Shown: positions 1 to 8,698 of the stretch, in pieces
Layout of the letters: every line of letters starts with the position of its first letter
Position numbering within the stretch: position 1 is the first letter of the stretch
NCBI GenBank assembly: GCA_963837955.1
Contig: CAWIPH010000002.1
Coordinates: 3,968,001-4,032,000, forward strand
Direction of reading: 5' to 3'
Origin: an uncultured Verrucomicrobiae bacterium
GTDB lineage: Bacteria; Verrucomicrobiota; Verrucomicrobiia; Chthoniobacterales; JAFAMB01
Length of the DNA stretch: 64,000 nt
The notes under the pieces: model-generated
What the model was told of the DNA's origin: nothing
The model's input: the letters and a program-made list of their open reading frames with translations, nothing else
Database searches by the model: none
Position numbers and translations under genes: made by a program

Positions 1-70
1 GATCGGTAATCGGTAATCGGTAATCAGTAATCAGTAGTCGATGATCGGTGATCAGTCATCAGGCATCGCG
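1..70. repeat. Degenerate heptamer tandem array (AATCGGT/AATCAGT-like, ~10 units)
   Basis: gatcggt aatcggt aatcggt aatcagt aatcagt agtcgat gatcggt gatcagt catcagg catcgcg, abutting the REPIN arm. Confidence 0.85.
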
Positions 71-99
71 TCAGGAGTCGGATACGCCGAGTACGCCGA

Positions 100-158
100 C
101 CTGTCCGACGAAGCCCTTCTGTGACGTCGAATCATAGCTAATGGTTGGCGAAGTCGGA
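100..158 (-). mobile_element. 59-bp mini-element inserted in the acgccgaaggcgt hairpin of REP family A
   Basis: Filled site compared with the empty site at 4942-4957; exact reverse complement of 708-766. Confidence 0.75.
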
Positions 159-707
159 AGGCGTTAAAGGACTCAGCCCGGGGTGGAGGCTTTGCGCAAC
201 CCCGGGTAGCCCCAAAAAATGCGTCCGCTCTGAAAGAGCGCAAGAGGTTTTCTAAGGAGCATGGTTACGGCAGGAACAATCCGTAGAAGCCGACGCTGAG
301 TAAAGGGATATAGAAGGAGCGTTTCATGTCCTCGATGGAGCCGGTAATGAGCGCCGTTCTGCGAGGGGATTTCTGGCGCTCTTTCAGAGCGGACGCGGTT
401 TTTTGTACTACCCGGGGTTGCGCAAAGCCTCCACCCCGGGCTGAGTCCTCTAACGCCTTCGGCGTACCGGCGTATCCGACTTCTGGCGTCGGCTTCCCGC
501 TCACTGCTTGCTGCTTCCCGTTTTTTTGGGGCTACCCCGGGGTTGCGCAAAGCCTCCACCCCGGGCTGAGTCCTCTAACGCCTTCGGCGTATCTGGCGTA
601 TCCGACTTCTGACATCGGCCTCCCGCTCACTGCTTGCTGCTTCCCGTTTTTTGAGGCTACCCGGGGTTACGCAAAGCCCCCACCCCGGGCTGAGTCCTTT
701 AACGCCT

Positions 708-766
708 TCCGACTTCGCCAACCATTAGCTATGATTCGACGTCACAGAAGGGCTTCGTCGGACAGG
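708..766 (+). mobile_element. 59-bp mini-element TCCGACTTCG-N33-GGCTTCGTCGGACAGG inserted in a REP family A hairpin
   Basis: aacgcct|insert|tcggcgta here; empty aacgccttcggcgta near 452, 577 and 5289. Confidence 0.75.
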
Positions 767-799
767 TCGGCGTACCGGCGTATCCGCCTTCTGGCGTCG

Positions 800-848
800 G
801 CTTCCCGCTCCCCGTTCATCGCTTCCCGCTCACCGCTTATTGCTTACC
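800..848. repeat. Degenerate heptamer array (GCTTCCC-like, 7 units)
   Basis: gcttccc gctcccc gttcatc gcttccc gctcacc gcttatt gcttacc. Confidence 0.75.
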
Positions 849-863
849 ACTTCCGGGGCGTTC

Positions 864-2300
864 TCAAACGCGGCGGATGCCGAGACCCGTGCGACGAAGA
901 ATGCTTGGGATAGTTCGAGCGGCGCGGCGATCCTTCTCTTTCTCTTCTTCCGGCAAATCGTCATAAGGAATCATCATGGGATGCCGTTTCAATTCATTGT
1001 CCCGAATTTTGCCGAATGTCCATCCGGCGAGTTGGCGGTCGATCAACCACCTGGCATGCTCCAAGCGGGCCAGGCTCTCAATCTCTTGACTTCCAAAGGC
1101 AGGGGGCAACGATTCCCCGGCATTCGCCGGAAGAGACTCAACTTGGTATCCAAGCAGACTAAGTTTGTAGGTTATATGGTCCGCCTGCTCGACATTGGCG
1201 CGTCGTAGATCCTCCCCCAGCTCCTCCCAGGGCCGCAAACTGGGATGATCGACGCCGAGACGGCCCCGAGCGGCCATGGCATCGCAGTAATCCGCGTGCA
1301 GCGTTTTCGGCAGTCCGAACCGCCCGATTTCCAAAAAGCGGGCGAGGCTCATCGAGCGCGACCAACTGCCGAACGATCGAATAAGATTCAGACCCTGGAT
1401 CGCTTCGAATTCGGATTTCATGAACCCGGCAATCTCTTCGGCGTATGGATCGAATATGTATACCCGGTAGAATTTGCTCAATTCGAAAGATTCAGAGCCG
1501 GCCAGCAAGGTCTCAAAATTATGGGAACGATTGCTGACCACCAGAATCAGAGCTGCTTCGGGGAGAAAACGCAGTGTCAAAGGCAGCGTTCCGGTTGGAC
1601 TCGCACTGTGAAATCTTAGGGCGCGGCTTTGTTCGAACCTTGAGTAATCATTTCTGATCCGACCTAAGACCTCTTCCGGTAAGATCCAGTCAACGCTGAT
1701 CTTGGAATTCTCCAATCCGCCCCCTAACCTAGCTAGCTTTTGGGCGATCGCTTCCGCGACTGCCCCGGCTCCCTGCACTATAAATTGGCTCGCGGGAAAC
1801 CCCTCCATGCCACCGGCATTCTTGCCAAAATGCTCGAAAACCAAATCGCTGGCCGCATCCTCGGCCGTCGAAAATAACTGCAGACGGAGCCTCGAGTCTG
1901 CGGGAAACACCAACACATTCTGCCGCACGGCGATTGCCGCGCTTCGATTCGGAAGAAATGCAAAGACGCGCAGCGGAGTGCCGGCCTGTGCGAAATCGTA
2001 AGTCTGCAACGCCGCGTTCAACATCCGAAACAACTCCGACAAATCAGATGGAAAAAGGATGAGATGGCTCGCTTGCGAGGCACCCGCGCGCTGCAAAAGG
2101 CCAGGCAACGAGACCTGGCCGGCGAAGATCTCTACCCCGCCTTCTTCGGCCACTGATGCCGCTGGCGAAGCAACCCGAGTGACCAGTCTGACCGTAATTC
2201 GAGAACGGCTTATTTGCACTGCGGCCGCCCCAGCCGCTTGGGAGTGGCCGGCCACGACAAATCGCAAATCTTTGCCAAATCCGGATTTTGGAGGACTCAT
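864..2300 (-). CDS. RyR (ryanodine receptor repeat) domain protein with N-terminal Rossmann/TrkA-N-like region
   Basis: C-terminal LARLEHARW...GWTFG...HPMMIPYDDLPEEEKEKDR, preceded by a second RyR-like half (LRPWEELGEDLRRAN). Confidence 0.8.
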   Translation of the reverse strand: MSPPKSGFGKDLRFVVAGHSQAAGAAAVQISRSRITVRLVTRVASPAASVAEEGGVEIFAGQVSLPGLLQRAGASQASHLILFPSDLSELFRMLNAALQTYDFAQAGTPLRVFAFLPNRSAAIAVRQNVLVFPADSRLRLQLFSTAEDAASDLVFEHFGKNAGGMEGFPASQFIVQGAGAVAEAIAQKLARLGGGLENSKISVDWILPEEVLGRIRNDYSRFEQSRALRFHSASPTGTLPLTLRFLPEAALILVVSNRSHNFETLLAGSESFELSKFYRVYIFDPYAEEIAGFMKSEFEAIQGLNLIRSFGSWSRSMSLARFLEIGRFGLPKTLHADYCDAMAARGRLGVDHPSLRPWEELGEDLRRANVEQADHITYKLSLLGYQVESLPANAGESLPPAFGSQEIESLARLEHARWLIDRQLAGWTFGKIRDNELKRHPMMIPYDDLPEEEKEKDRRAARTIPSILRRTGLGIRRV

Positions 2301-2491
2301 CTAGCTGGAAGCCAAAGGTTATCAGGCGCGGACCGAGGATACCAAGCGAAAGCGAGGTTGGCTTCGAGGTTCTCGATTCATCAGCACGGCCTATTGGCTT
2401 TGCCTCGTCGGTTCGATTCGGAGGTAAGAAAATGAGGCGTCGCGTTTTCATCGCTGTCGCGGCGATAGTCGTATTGGCTGCTGCCGGCCGA

Positions 2492-2614
2492 CGGAGGGCG
2501 AGCCGCTTGCGGCTCCCGGGAATTATCCGCGATCGAACAATACCCCGGACCTTTGGCTCGGATTCCTCAGGGTGCGTTGGATTGTTCCCGGGCGCCGCAA
2601 GCGGCGCCCCTCCG
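2492..2614. repeat. REPIN family B copy
   Basis: cggaggg...gagccgcttgcggctc arm and gggcgccgcaagcggcgcccctccg arm; spacer homologous to 7282-7404. Confidence 0.8.
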
Positions 2615-2666
2615 GGCGCTTTTGGAGTCGCTCGATTCTTACATACTAGCTGTGCTAACTTTCACT

Positions 2667-3863
2667 ATGTCTCAAGAAGGATTGCCAAGCAGCGTCCTGT
2701 ACGCAATCTCGGCTCGAATTGGCGGCATCGGCTTGGATCTGGTGGCGCTGGAAACCATTCGAGGCATCCAACCCTACCTCGGCAAAGCACTATCCTTCGG
2801 CGTTCGCGATCCGGAGATTGATCGGCGAAAAATGAAGACGCTGCGATTTCATCCAGTACGACTCTTTTCGAACCTGGAGAGCAAGTACTACTACGCAGCG
2901 AAGAAGCGGGCGATCGATCGCGTGGCTGCCCAATTTCTCAGGACGGGCCGCTTTGATCTTTTTCACGTCTGGTCGGGCGAGGCATTAAGCGGCCTGCGAG
3001 TGGCCAAAACGCTCGGAATTCCGTCACTGTTGGAAATTCCAACCTGGCATCGCCAAAAAGGGAAAGTGCTTCCGCCAAAAACGGAGCAGGAAATCGCGAT
3101 GGAAAATGCCCCTATTCCGCAGCGCTGGCTTAATAGCCTGCTGATTAGCCGGCAACGGAGCCTGGAAGAGTACGAATTGGCGGATTTGATTTTGGTCGAG
3201 TCAGAGAAAGCAGCCGACACTTTTCGCGTGCTGGGTTATCCGAACGAAAAACTCTTTAGCATGCCGCAAGGAGTGGACGCGAACCGATTTCAGCCGGGTC
3301 CAACGCCCCCGGTTTTTCGCGCGGTATTCGTCGGTGCTCTGATCAAGCGAAAGGGCGTACATACTTTAGTCGAGGCATGGAAAAAGCTAAAATTACCAAA
3401 CGCGGAACTCTGGCTCGCTGGCCATCCGCATGAAGAAATTAAGCCCTATCTGAACGACCTGCCGGGCAATGTAAAGGTACTTGGATTTGCCAAGGAGGTA
3501 GAGAATGTGTATCGAGCAGGTTCCGTTCATGTTTTTCCCTCCTCCCTGGAGGGGAGCGCCAAAACAACGTACGAAGCGGCGGCGTGTGGCCTGGCGCAGA
3601 TCACGACCCGGGAAGCCGGAGACGTGGTAGTGGACGGCCTCAACGGATTGATTATCCCACCGGACGACGTCCGCGCTCTGGCGCGTGCCATTCAGTTTTT
3701 ATACGACCGTCCGGATCTGGTTCGCAGCTATGGCGCCGCAGGACGTGCGCGGGTGGTGCAACACTTCACTTGGGATCATTTCCGGGAGCGAGTACTTGAC
3801 GCCTACCGATTGGCCATGGCTCGGGCGTCAGCGCAAAAAAATCAGAATCTAGCTAGATCCTAG
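2667..3863 (+). CDS. Glycosyltransferase family 4 (GT-B)
   Basis: FVGALIKRKG and VFPSSLEGSAKTTYEAAACG motifs; start placed at ATG 2667 because the upstream ORF extension lies in a repeat. Confidence 0.9.
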   Translation: MSQEGLPSSVLYAISARIGGIGLDLVALETIRGIQPYLGKALSFGVRDPEIDRRKMKTLRFHPVRLFSNLESKYYYAAKKRAIDRVAAQFLRTGRFDLFHVWSGEALSGLRVAKTLGIPSLLEIPTWHRQKGKVLPPKTEQEIAMENAPIPQRWLNSLLISRQRSLEEYELADLILVESEKAADTFRVLGYPNEKLFSMPQGVDANRFQPGPTPPVFRAVFVGALIKRKGVHTLVEAWKKLKLPNAELWLAGHPHEEIKPYLNDLPGNVKVLGFAKEVENVYRAGSVHVFPSSLEGSAKTTYEAAACGLAQITTREAGDVVVDGLNGLIIPPDDVRALARAIQFLYDRPDLVRSYGAAGRARVVQHFTWDHFRERVLDAYRLAMARASAQKNQNLARS

Positions 3864-4100
3864 ATTCGGCATTTTATGCTCTCAATTCACGTGTTTCCGG
3901 ATGAACGGAGTTGATCGAGTCCTCGATTGGCCGGCTTGTTGGCATAACCCGTTGCAGCGAGAGGGGCTACGGCGGAAGGATTGGCTCTCTTAGAGCGGGA
4001 AGCTTGCCCCCGGGCCTCCGCCCACTGGTTTCGGCCCCCCTTTTCGCTTGAAAATCGAAAAGAGCTGTTGGATTGATCCGCTCGCATCTCGCCGGCTTCT

Positions 4101-4796
4101 ATGAACTTGAGTCGTAAATTTCAGAAACTCACTACCGGCGAGGCTTGGGCGAGCAGCATAGATCGGTTCTACCGTTGGCGAAATCCCTTAAGGATCGACG
4201 AGCTTTTGCGAGGTATCGACCGGAATAAACTCAATGCTCTTTGCCAGAAGTATCACGTGCCGGGCGAAGTCAAGGCGTGGCCGAAATACACGAATTTCGA
4301 AGAGTGGATCGAGAATGCGGTCGACCATGTACGTTCGCTTCGGCTCGATCGGGACCCGAAACTGAAGATCCTCGATATCGGAAGCGGGGCTGGCTATTTT
4401 CTTTTTGTTCTTAAACGGCTTGGACATGAGGTGTTCGGGCTCGATCTCGATGACCCGCCATTCTACGGCGAAATGTTCGAGTTGCTCGGTCTGCAACGAC
4501 TCATTTGGCGAATCAAGCAATTCGAGCCACTACCGGACGTCGGCCGTAAGTTCGATCTCATCACCGCCTTTGCCATCTGTTTCAACGGCCACGGAGAAGA
4601 AAAGGTTTGGGGTCCGAAGGAGTGGGAATTCTTCCTAGGTGACCTCAACCACCGTTTTCTGAATCCAGGCGGCCGCGTTTGCCTTGCACTAAACCCGGAA
4701 CCGTATGGACGCTACACTCCCGAACTGAAAGATTTCTTTCAAAGCAAAGGTGGGGAATTCGAACGAAGTCGTGTTTGGTTGCGAAGGCCGCAGTGA
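4101..4796 (+). CDS. Class I SAM-dependent methyltransferase
   Basis: ILDIGSGAG motif I, VFGLD motif II, FDLITAF. Confidence 0.85.
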   Translation: MNLSRKFQKLTTGEAWASSIDRFYRWRNPLRIDELLRGIDRNKLNALCQKYHVPGEVKAWPKYTNFEEWIENAVDHVRSLRLDRDPKLKILDIGSGAGYFLFVLKRLGHEVFGLDLDDPPFYGEMFELLGLQRLIWRIKQFEPLPDVGRKFDLITAFAICFNGHGEEKVWGPKEWEFFLGDLNHRFLNPGGRVCLALNPEPYGRYTPELKDFFQSKGGEFERSRVWLRRPQ

Positions 4797-4922
4797 CACG
4801 AGACCCTCAAACTAAGGCCGATGTCTGGTTCTTTGCCCGGGAGGCTATGCCCGGACGCGGAATCGGGCTATCATCGCGCCCTACCGATCTAGGGCAGTGA
4901 TTAGTAAGCGGGAAGCCGATGC

Positions 4923-5323
4923 CAGGGGTCGGATACGCCAGGTACGCCGAAGGCGTTAAAGGACTCAGCCCGGGGTGGAGGCTTTGCGCAACCCCGGGTA
5001 GCCCCCAAAAATGTGTCCGCTCTGAAAGAGCGCAAGAAGTCTTCCGGCAGAACGGCGGTCATTGCCGCTCATCGAGGACATGAACCCCTTGGGAAGCCGT
5101 TTCGCCCCCCCTTGATCCGAGCGCGATGGAATACCTGCTCTAGATACTCTTTACTCAGGGTCAGCTTCTACGGATTGTTAGTACCGTAACCAAACTCCAT
5201 AGAAGACTTCTTGCGCTCTTTCAGAGCGGACACATTTTTGGGGGCTACCCGGGGTTGCGCAAAGCCTCCACCCCGGGCTGAGTCCTTTAACGCCTTCGGC
5301 GTACCTGGCGTATCCGACCCCTG
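4923..5323. repeat. REPIN/MITE-like family A, locus 2: perfect 122-bp inverted arms (4923-5044, 5202-5323) around a 157-bp spacer
   Basis: Arms are exact reverse complements; spacer homologous to 247-374; lies between convergent genes. Confidence 0.92.
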
Positions 5324-5337
5324 ACGCGATGACCAAT

Positions 5338-6255
5338 CTAGGGCCGCTTCAGACGATCGACAAAACGAGCGAGCCCTCTTTCGACGGTATCCCAGACCCG
5401 CTCTACTGCTATGCTACCCGTCGTATTGTCTTCACTAGCAATCACAGTGACGTGCTCTCCGAGTGGACGCCAAATCACGGGATCGGTGGGTCCGAATAGC
5501 GCAACGGTCGGGATCGTGAGTGCAGCCGCCAGATGAGTTAACCCTGTATCGTGCCCGATGAAAAAATCAGCAGCAGCAAGTTCATGTGTCAGATCAAGAA
5601 TCGGCAAGTGTGATCGGACCTTCAATTTCGGGCTTTGATATTGCCGGAGAAATTCGGTAGTCGGCACCGCATCCGCTTCTCCTGATACGAGCATCAGTTC
5701 ATCGAACCGCTCTTCCAATCTTTTCACAAGTGCACTCCAGCAAGCTACTGACCAGTTTTTGGCCGGTGAGCCACTGCCAACGTGAAAAATCAACCGTGTC
5801 CGTGGTAGGCGCTGCCGTTCGAGAAAAAGACGCGGCACTGGATCAACGTTCTCCAGTCCAAGCACGCTTAACGGTTGAGCAAGTTGGACCGTCGCTGGCA
5901 ATCGTTGCTCGTCTAGCCGAAACGGTCCCGAAATAAACCGGCATCCGCAACTTTCGATCTTTGCTTGAACTGTTCGTCCGGGATCAAACAAATAGCAGAT
6001 CACGCAATCGATCCGGTTTAATTTCTTCCAGAGCGCTTCGCTCAAGCCACTGCCATTGCTGAACAACGGAAGGAACGCGGCTGAGTTAAGATCGTCGACC
6101 GAGTGCGCACCGCCATATCGCGCCAGTAAACCTGCCGGGAATGGGGCAACAAAGTCGACAAGGGCGGACGCTTCGCTTTCCCGCAAAGCTCGCAACACCG
6201 GGAGCGTCAAGAGAACGTCCCCTAATGCCCCTCCGCGGAAGACAAGGAATCGCAA
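5338..6255 (-). CDS. Glycosyltransferase family 9 (LPS heptosyltransferase-like)
   Basis: RGGALGDVLLTLP, HVGSGSPAKNW, GHDTGLTHLAAA, ALFGPTDP motifs; TTG start. Confidence 0.9.
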   Translation of the reverse strand: MRFLVFRGGALGDVLLTLPVLRALRESEASALVDFVAPFPAGLLARYGGAHSVDDLNSAAFLPLFSNGSGLSEALWKKLNRIDCVICYLFDPGRTVQAKIESCGCRFISGPFRLDEQRLPATVQLAQPLSVLGLENVDPVPRLFLERQRLPRTRLIFHVGSGSPAKNWSVACWSALVKRLEERFDELMLVSGEADAVPTTEFLRQYQSPKLKVRSHLPILDLTHELAAADFFIGHDTGLTHLAAALTIPTVALFGPTDPVIWRPLGEHVTVIASEDNTTGSIAVERVWDTVERGLARFVDRLKRP

Positions 6256-6265
6256 GTGCGATCAA

Positions 6266-6481
6266 CTAGTAGCCAGGCCCGCCCCCACCCGGTCCACCGC
6301 CGATCCCAGGCATCGATCCAAGCGCCCCGGCGTTCTCCCATCGCTCGGGTTTATTCCAAGGAATCGTGCTCTGCTCCTGACCAAATTGCGGTTTCTGGGT
6401 CGACTTATCTGCGGTCGCCTGGTCCGATTGGCAGCCTGCTAAAAAAGTCAGTAAAAATAAGCCAAACAAATAAACTTTCAT
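6266..6481 (-). CDS. Small lipoprotein, hypothetical
   Basis: Signal peptide with lipobox LAGC; IPWNKPERWE motif; 4-bp overlap with the upstream gene. Confidence 0.7.
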   Translation of the reverse strand: MKVYLFGLFLLTFLAGCQSDQATADKSTQKPQFGQEQSTIPWNKPERWENAGALGSMPGIGGGPGGGGPGY

Positions 6482-7185
6482 CGCGTAAAAACCACCGGAT
6501 CCCCTATTGATACACGCGCAAAATTCTCCGGTCCATTAGATAAAAATTCTGCGGTACAGCTATTCTTTTCGACCGAGACGACGCGGAGCTGACTAATAGT
6601 TTCTCCGTTTTTCTCGACCTTGAGGTGAGCTTTAGTCGACACTCCGACATCACTCCCCAGGCTGACCGTCAGCGCCTGGGCCTCCCGATTCATGGAAAGA
6701 ATGGTACCGCGCAAAACAGGCGGCGTTTTATTCTTTTCCTTGTCGGCGGCGGCCAGCCGTAACTGGTTCAGCTCATCTTCTACGTTGATCAGCCGGTTGG
6801 CGAGCATTTGGCGATCATCCTCCGCCCGCTTTTTCTGGTCCAGATTGCGGTTGGCGTCGGCTATGGCCGAAGTAAGGCCTTTGATCTCATTCTCGCGCTG
6901 GTTTAGCTGTTCCGTGAGCTGATCCACCTTGGCCTTTGTGGCACCAAGCTCTGCGTTCAAGCTGTCACGCTCCTGCTGAGCGATACGTTCCTGGCTTCCG
7001 ATTCGTTCCTCTGCCTGTTGCAGTTTTTGCTGGAGATCGTCGGCCTGAGTTTGCAGCTTATTGGCCCGCTCCTTCTCCACCGAGAGATCGGCTGTCATTT
7101 TGGTCACTTTTTCTCGATTAAAAAAGCCCAGCCCAGCCGCGCCAATAGCGCAGGTCATCGCGACAGTTAACAGAAAACGAACCAT
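6478..7185 (-). CDS. Membrane-anchored coiled-coil protein with C-terminal beta domain, hypothetical
   Basis: N-terminal hydrophobic helix, long Q/E/K heptad region. Confidence 0.75.
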   Translation of the reverse strand: MVRFLLTVAMTCAIGAAGLGFFNREKVTKMTADLSVEKERANKLQTQADDLQQKLQQAEERIGSQERIAQQERDSLNAELGATKAKVDQLTEQLNQRENEIKGLTSAIADANRNLDQKKRAEDDRQMLANRLINVEDELNQLRLAAADKEKNKTPPVLRGTILSMNREAQALTVSLGSDVGVSTKAHLKVEKNGETISQLRVVSVEKNSCTAEFLSNGPENFARVSIGDPVVFTR

Positions 7186-7281
7186 TATCAGAAACTTGTG
7201 GCCACTAATCGCGGCATCGACAAGCGAAGTAGGCTCATTAACGGCCGATGCCTGTGAAAATCAAGTGGCAAGAAACGGTCA

Positions 7282-7404
7282 CGGAGGGGAGCCGCTTGCA
7301 CGGCTCCCGGGAACGGCCCACGATAGAGCAACCTCTTCGACCCTTTGCTCGATTCCTCGATGCACGCTGGATTATTCTCGGGCGTCGCGAGCGACGCCCC
7401 TCCG
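7282..7404. repeat. REPIN family B copy (left of SRP RNA)
   Basis: Hairpin arms cggaggggagccgc.. and gggcgtcgcgagcgacgcccctccg with conserved spacer. Confidence 0.85.
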
Positions 7405-7553
7405 ATCCATGGGTACTCGGCGCTTTCCGATTTAGCGGTAATCAGTAAACACCGATAAGCGCGGTCATCCCCTGGATCCCGATTTTTGCCTGTCCTCTTT
7501 GAGCCACACAAAATGCATTGCCTCGATCCACCTTTTGGTCGAGGGATATGGCT

Positions 7554-7647
7554 CCGTCAGGGGCTATGGATCGCAGACTCACGAACCCCGCCAGGGCAGG
7601 AATGCAGCAACGGTAGTATGCTTTGCGTTGCCGTAGTTCTCTGACGG
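7554..7647 (+). ncRNA. ffs: Small bacterial SRP RNA (4.5S)
   Basis: Long hairpin ccgtcaggggctatgg / ccgtagttctctgacgg closing helix 8 motif CAGG-GCA-GGAA-TGC-AGCA, preceded by gaacccc. Confidence 0.85.
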
Positions 7648-7717
7648 CTCTCAAAACAGTGCCCCTGACTACGGAGGGGAGCTGCTTAATCGCCAACCGC
7701 CGAGTCACCCATGGCTG

Positions 7718-7835
7718 CGGAGGGGCGTCGCTTGCGACGCCCGAGAATAATCCAGCACCCGCCGAGGAATCGAGCAACGGGTGGAAGAGGCTTTATCATG
7801 GGCCGTTCCCGGGCGTCGCAAGCGACGCCCCTCCG
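7718..7835. repeat. REPIN family B copy (right of SRP RNA, inverted relative to 7282-7404)
   Basis: cggaggggcgtcgcttgcgacgccc...gggcgtcgcaagcgacgcccctccg; spacer is a reverse-complement homolog. Confidence 0.85.
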
Positions 7836-7858
7836 ATCCATGGGTGGCTAACGACGAC

Positions 7859-8569
7859 TCACCAGTGGTACTCATCCGGTTTTCCGTTTCGGTCGAGAAA
7901 ATGGCCGCTCAGTTCCGGGCCAATCGCTCCGATCGCGTGAACCAAGGAATCTGCAGATTCCTCCGGCGACAGCTCGGCATCCTGGCCTCCCATGTCGGTT
8001 CGGACCCAACCTGGTGAGATCGCTACGGTTGTAATCCCCTCGGGCAGAAGCTCAAAAGCGATCGAGCGCGTTAACATGTTCAGGGCCGCCTTAGAAGTAG
8101 CGTAGGCATAGTAGCTCGCGTCGTCCTTGCCTGAGATCGAACCCAAACCCGAAGAGACATTTAGAATGCGCGGGCGATTGCCTCGGCGGAGCGAGGCAAG
8201 AAAAGCGCGAATGACCCGTACGCATCCGAGCACGTTCGTTTCAAACGCGGCTCGGAAATGTTCCAGTGGCAAATCAGCAATCGATTCATGGCCTTGCTCC
8301 GGCATCAAGCCAGCGTTGTTCACAATGACATCCAGTCGGTCCCGAGTCTCTCGAACCTTGGCTGCCGCGGCGCAGACCTGTTCATCCGAAGTTACGTCCA
8401 GAGCTACGACATCGATTTGGCCTGAACGAGTAGTGGCCAGCTGTTGCAAACGCTCCGCTGCAGCAGGATGGCGGCAACCCGCGACCACTGCGTACCCGCT
8501 TCGCAGAAGCGCGTCGGCCAAAGCGAGGCCGATACCGCGGTTTGCACCCGTAATCAGTACAGTTTCCAT
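7859..8569 (-). CDS. SDR family oxidoreductase (CsgA/C-factor-like)
   Basis: TGANRGIG, NNAG, YATSK, SPGWVRTDMGG. Confidence 0.92.
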   Translation of the reverse strand: METVLITGANRGIGLALADALLRSGYAVVAGCRHPAAAERLQQLATTRSGQIDVVALDVTSDEQVCAAAAKVRETRDRLDVIVNNAGLMPEQGHESIADLPLEHFRAAFETNVLGCVRVIRAFLASLRRGNRPRILNVSSGLGSISGKDDASYYAYATSKAALNMLTRSIAFELLPEGITTVAISPGWVRTDMGGQDAELSPEESADSLVHAIGAIGPELSGHFLDRNGKPDEYHW

Positions 8570-8698
8570 TCGCTTCTTTGTTCTGCGTTCGAGGTTCTTC
8601 CAAGGAGAAATTCGAATACCGTGCCATTTTGCCCATTCGTACCGCGTTTTTCCGGTTCAAAGTTGAATTTTTGGTCCCGGTTCGCTTACCTAAGAGCT

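Larger units (their letters stand above)
70..800. repeat. REPIN/MITE-like palindromic cluster, family A, locus 1 (one forward arm, spacer, three tandem reverse arms)
   Basis: Arms built from hairpins acgccgaaggcgt, cccggggtggaggctttgcgcaaccccggg and cgctctgaaagagcg; same unit recurs at 4923-5323. Confidence 0.9.

Noticed and set aside
52..913. ORFs and a possible CRISPR array in the repeat cluster
   Set aside because: Units are over 100 bp, partly inverted, lack unique equal-length spacers, and no cas genes are present; the ORFs are repeat translations.
3935..3980. Possible further mini-element copy (cttgttggcataacc...ggctacggcggaagga)
   Set aside because: Ends too degenerate and no clear host hairpin, so not counted.
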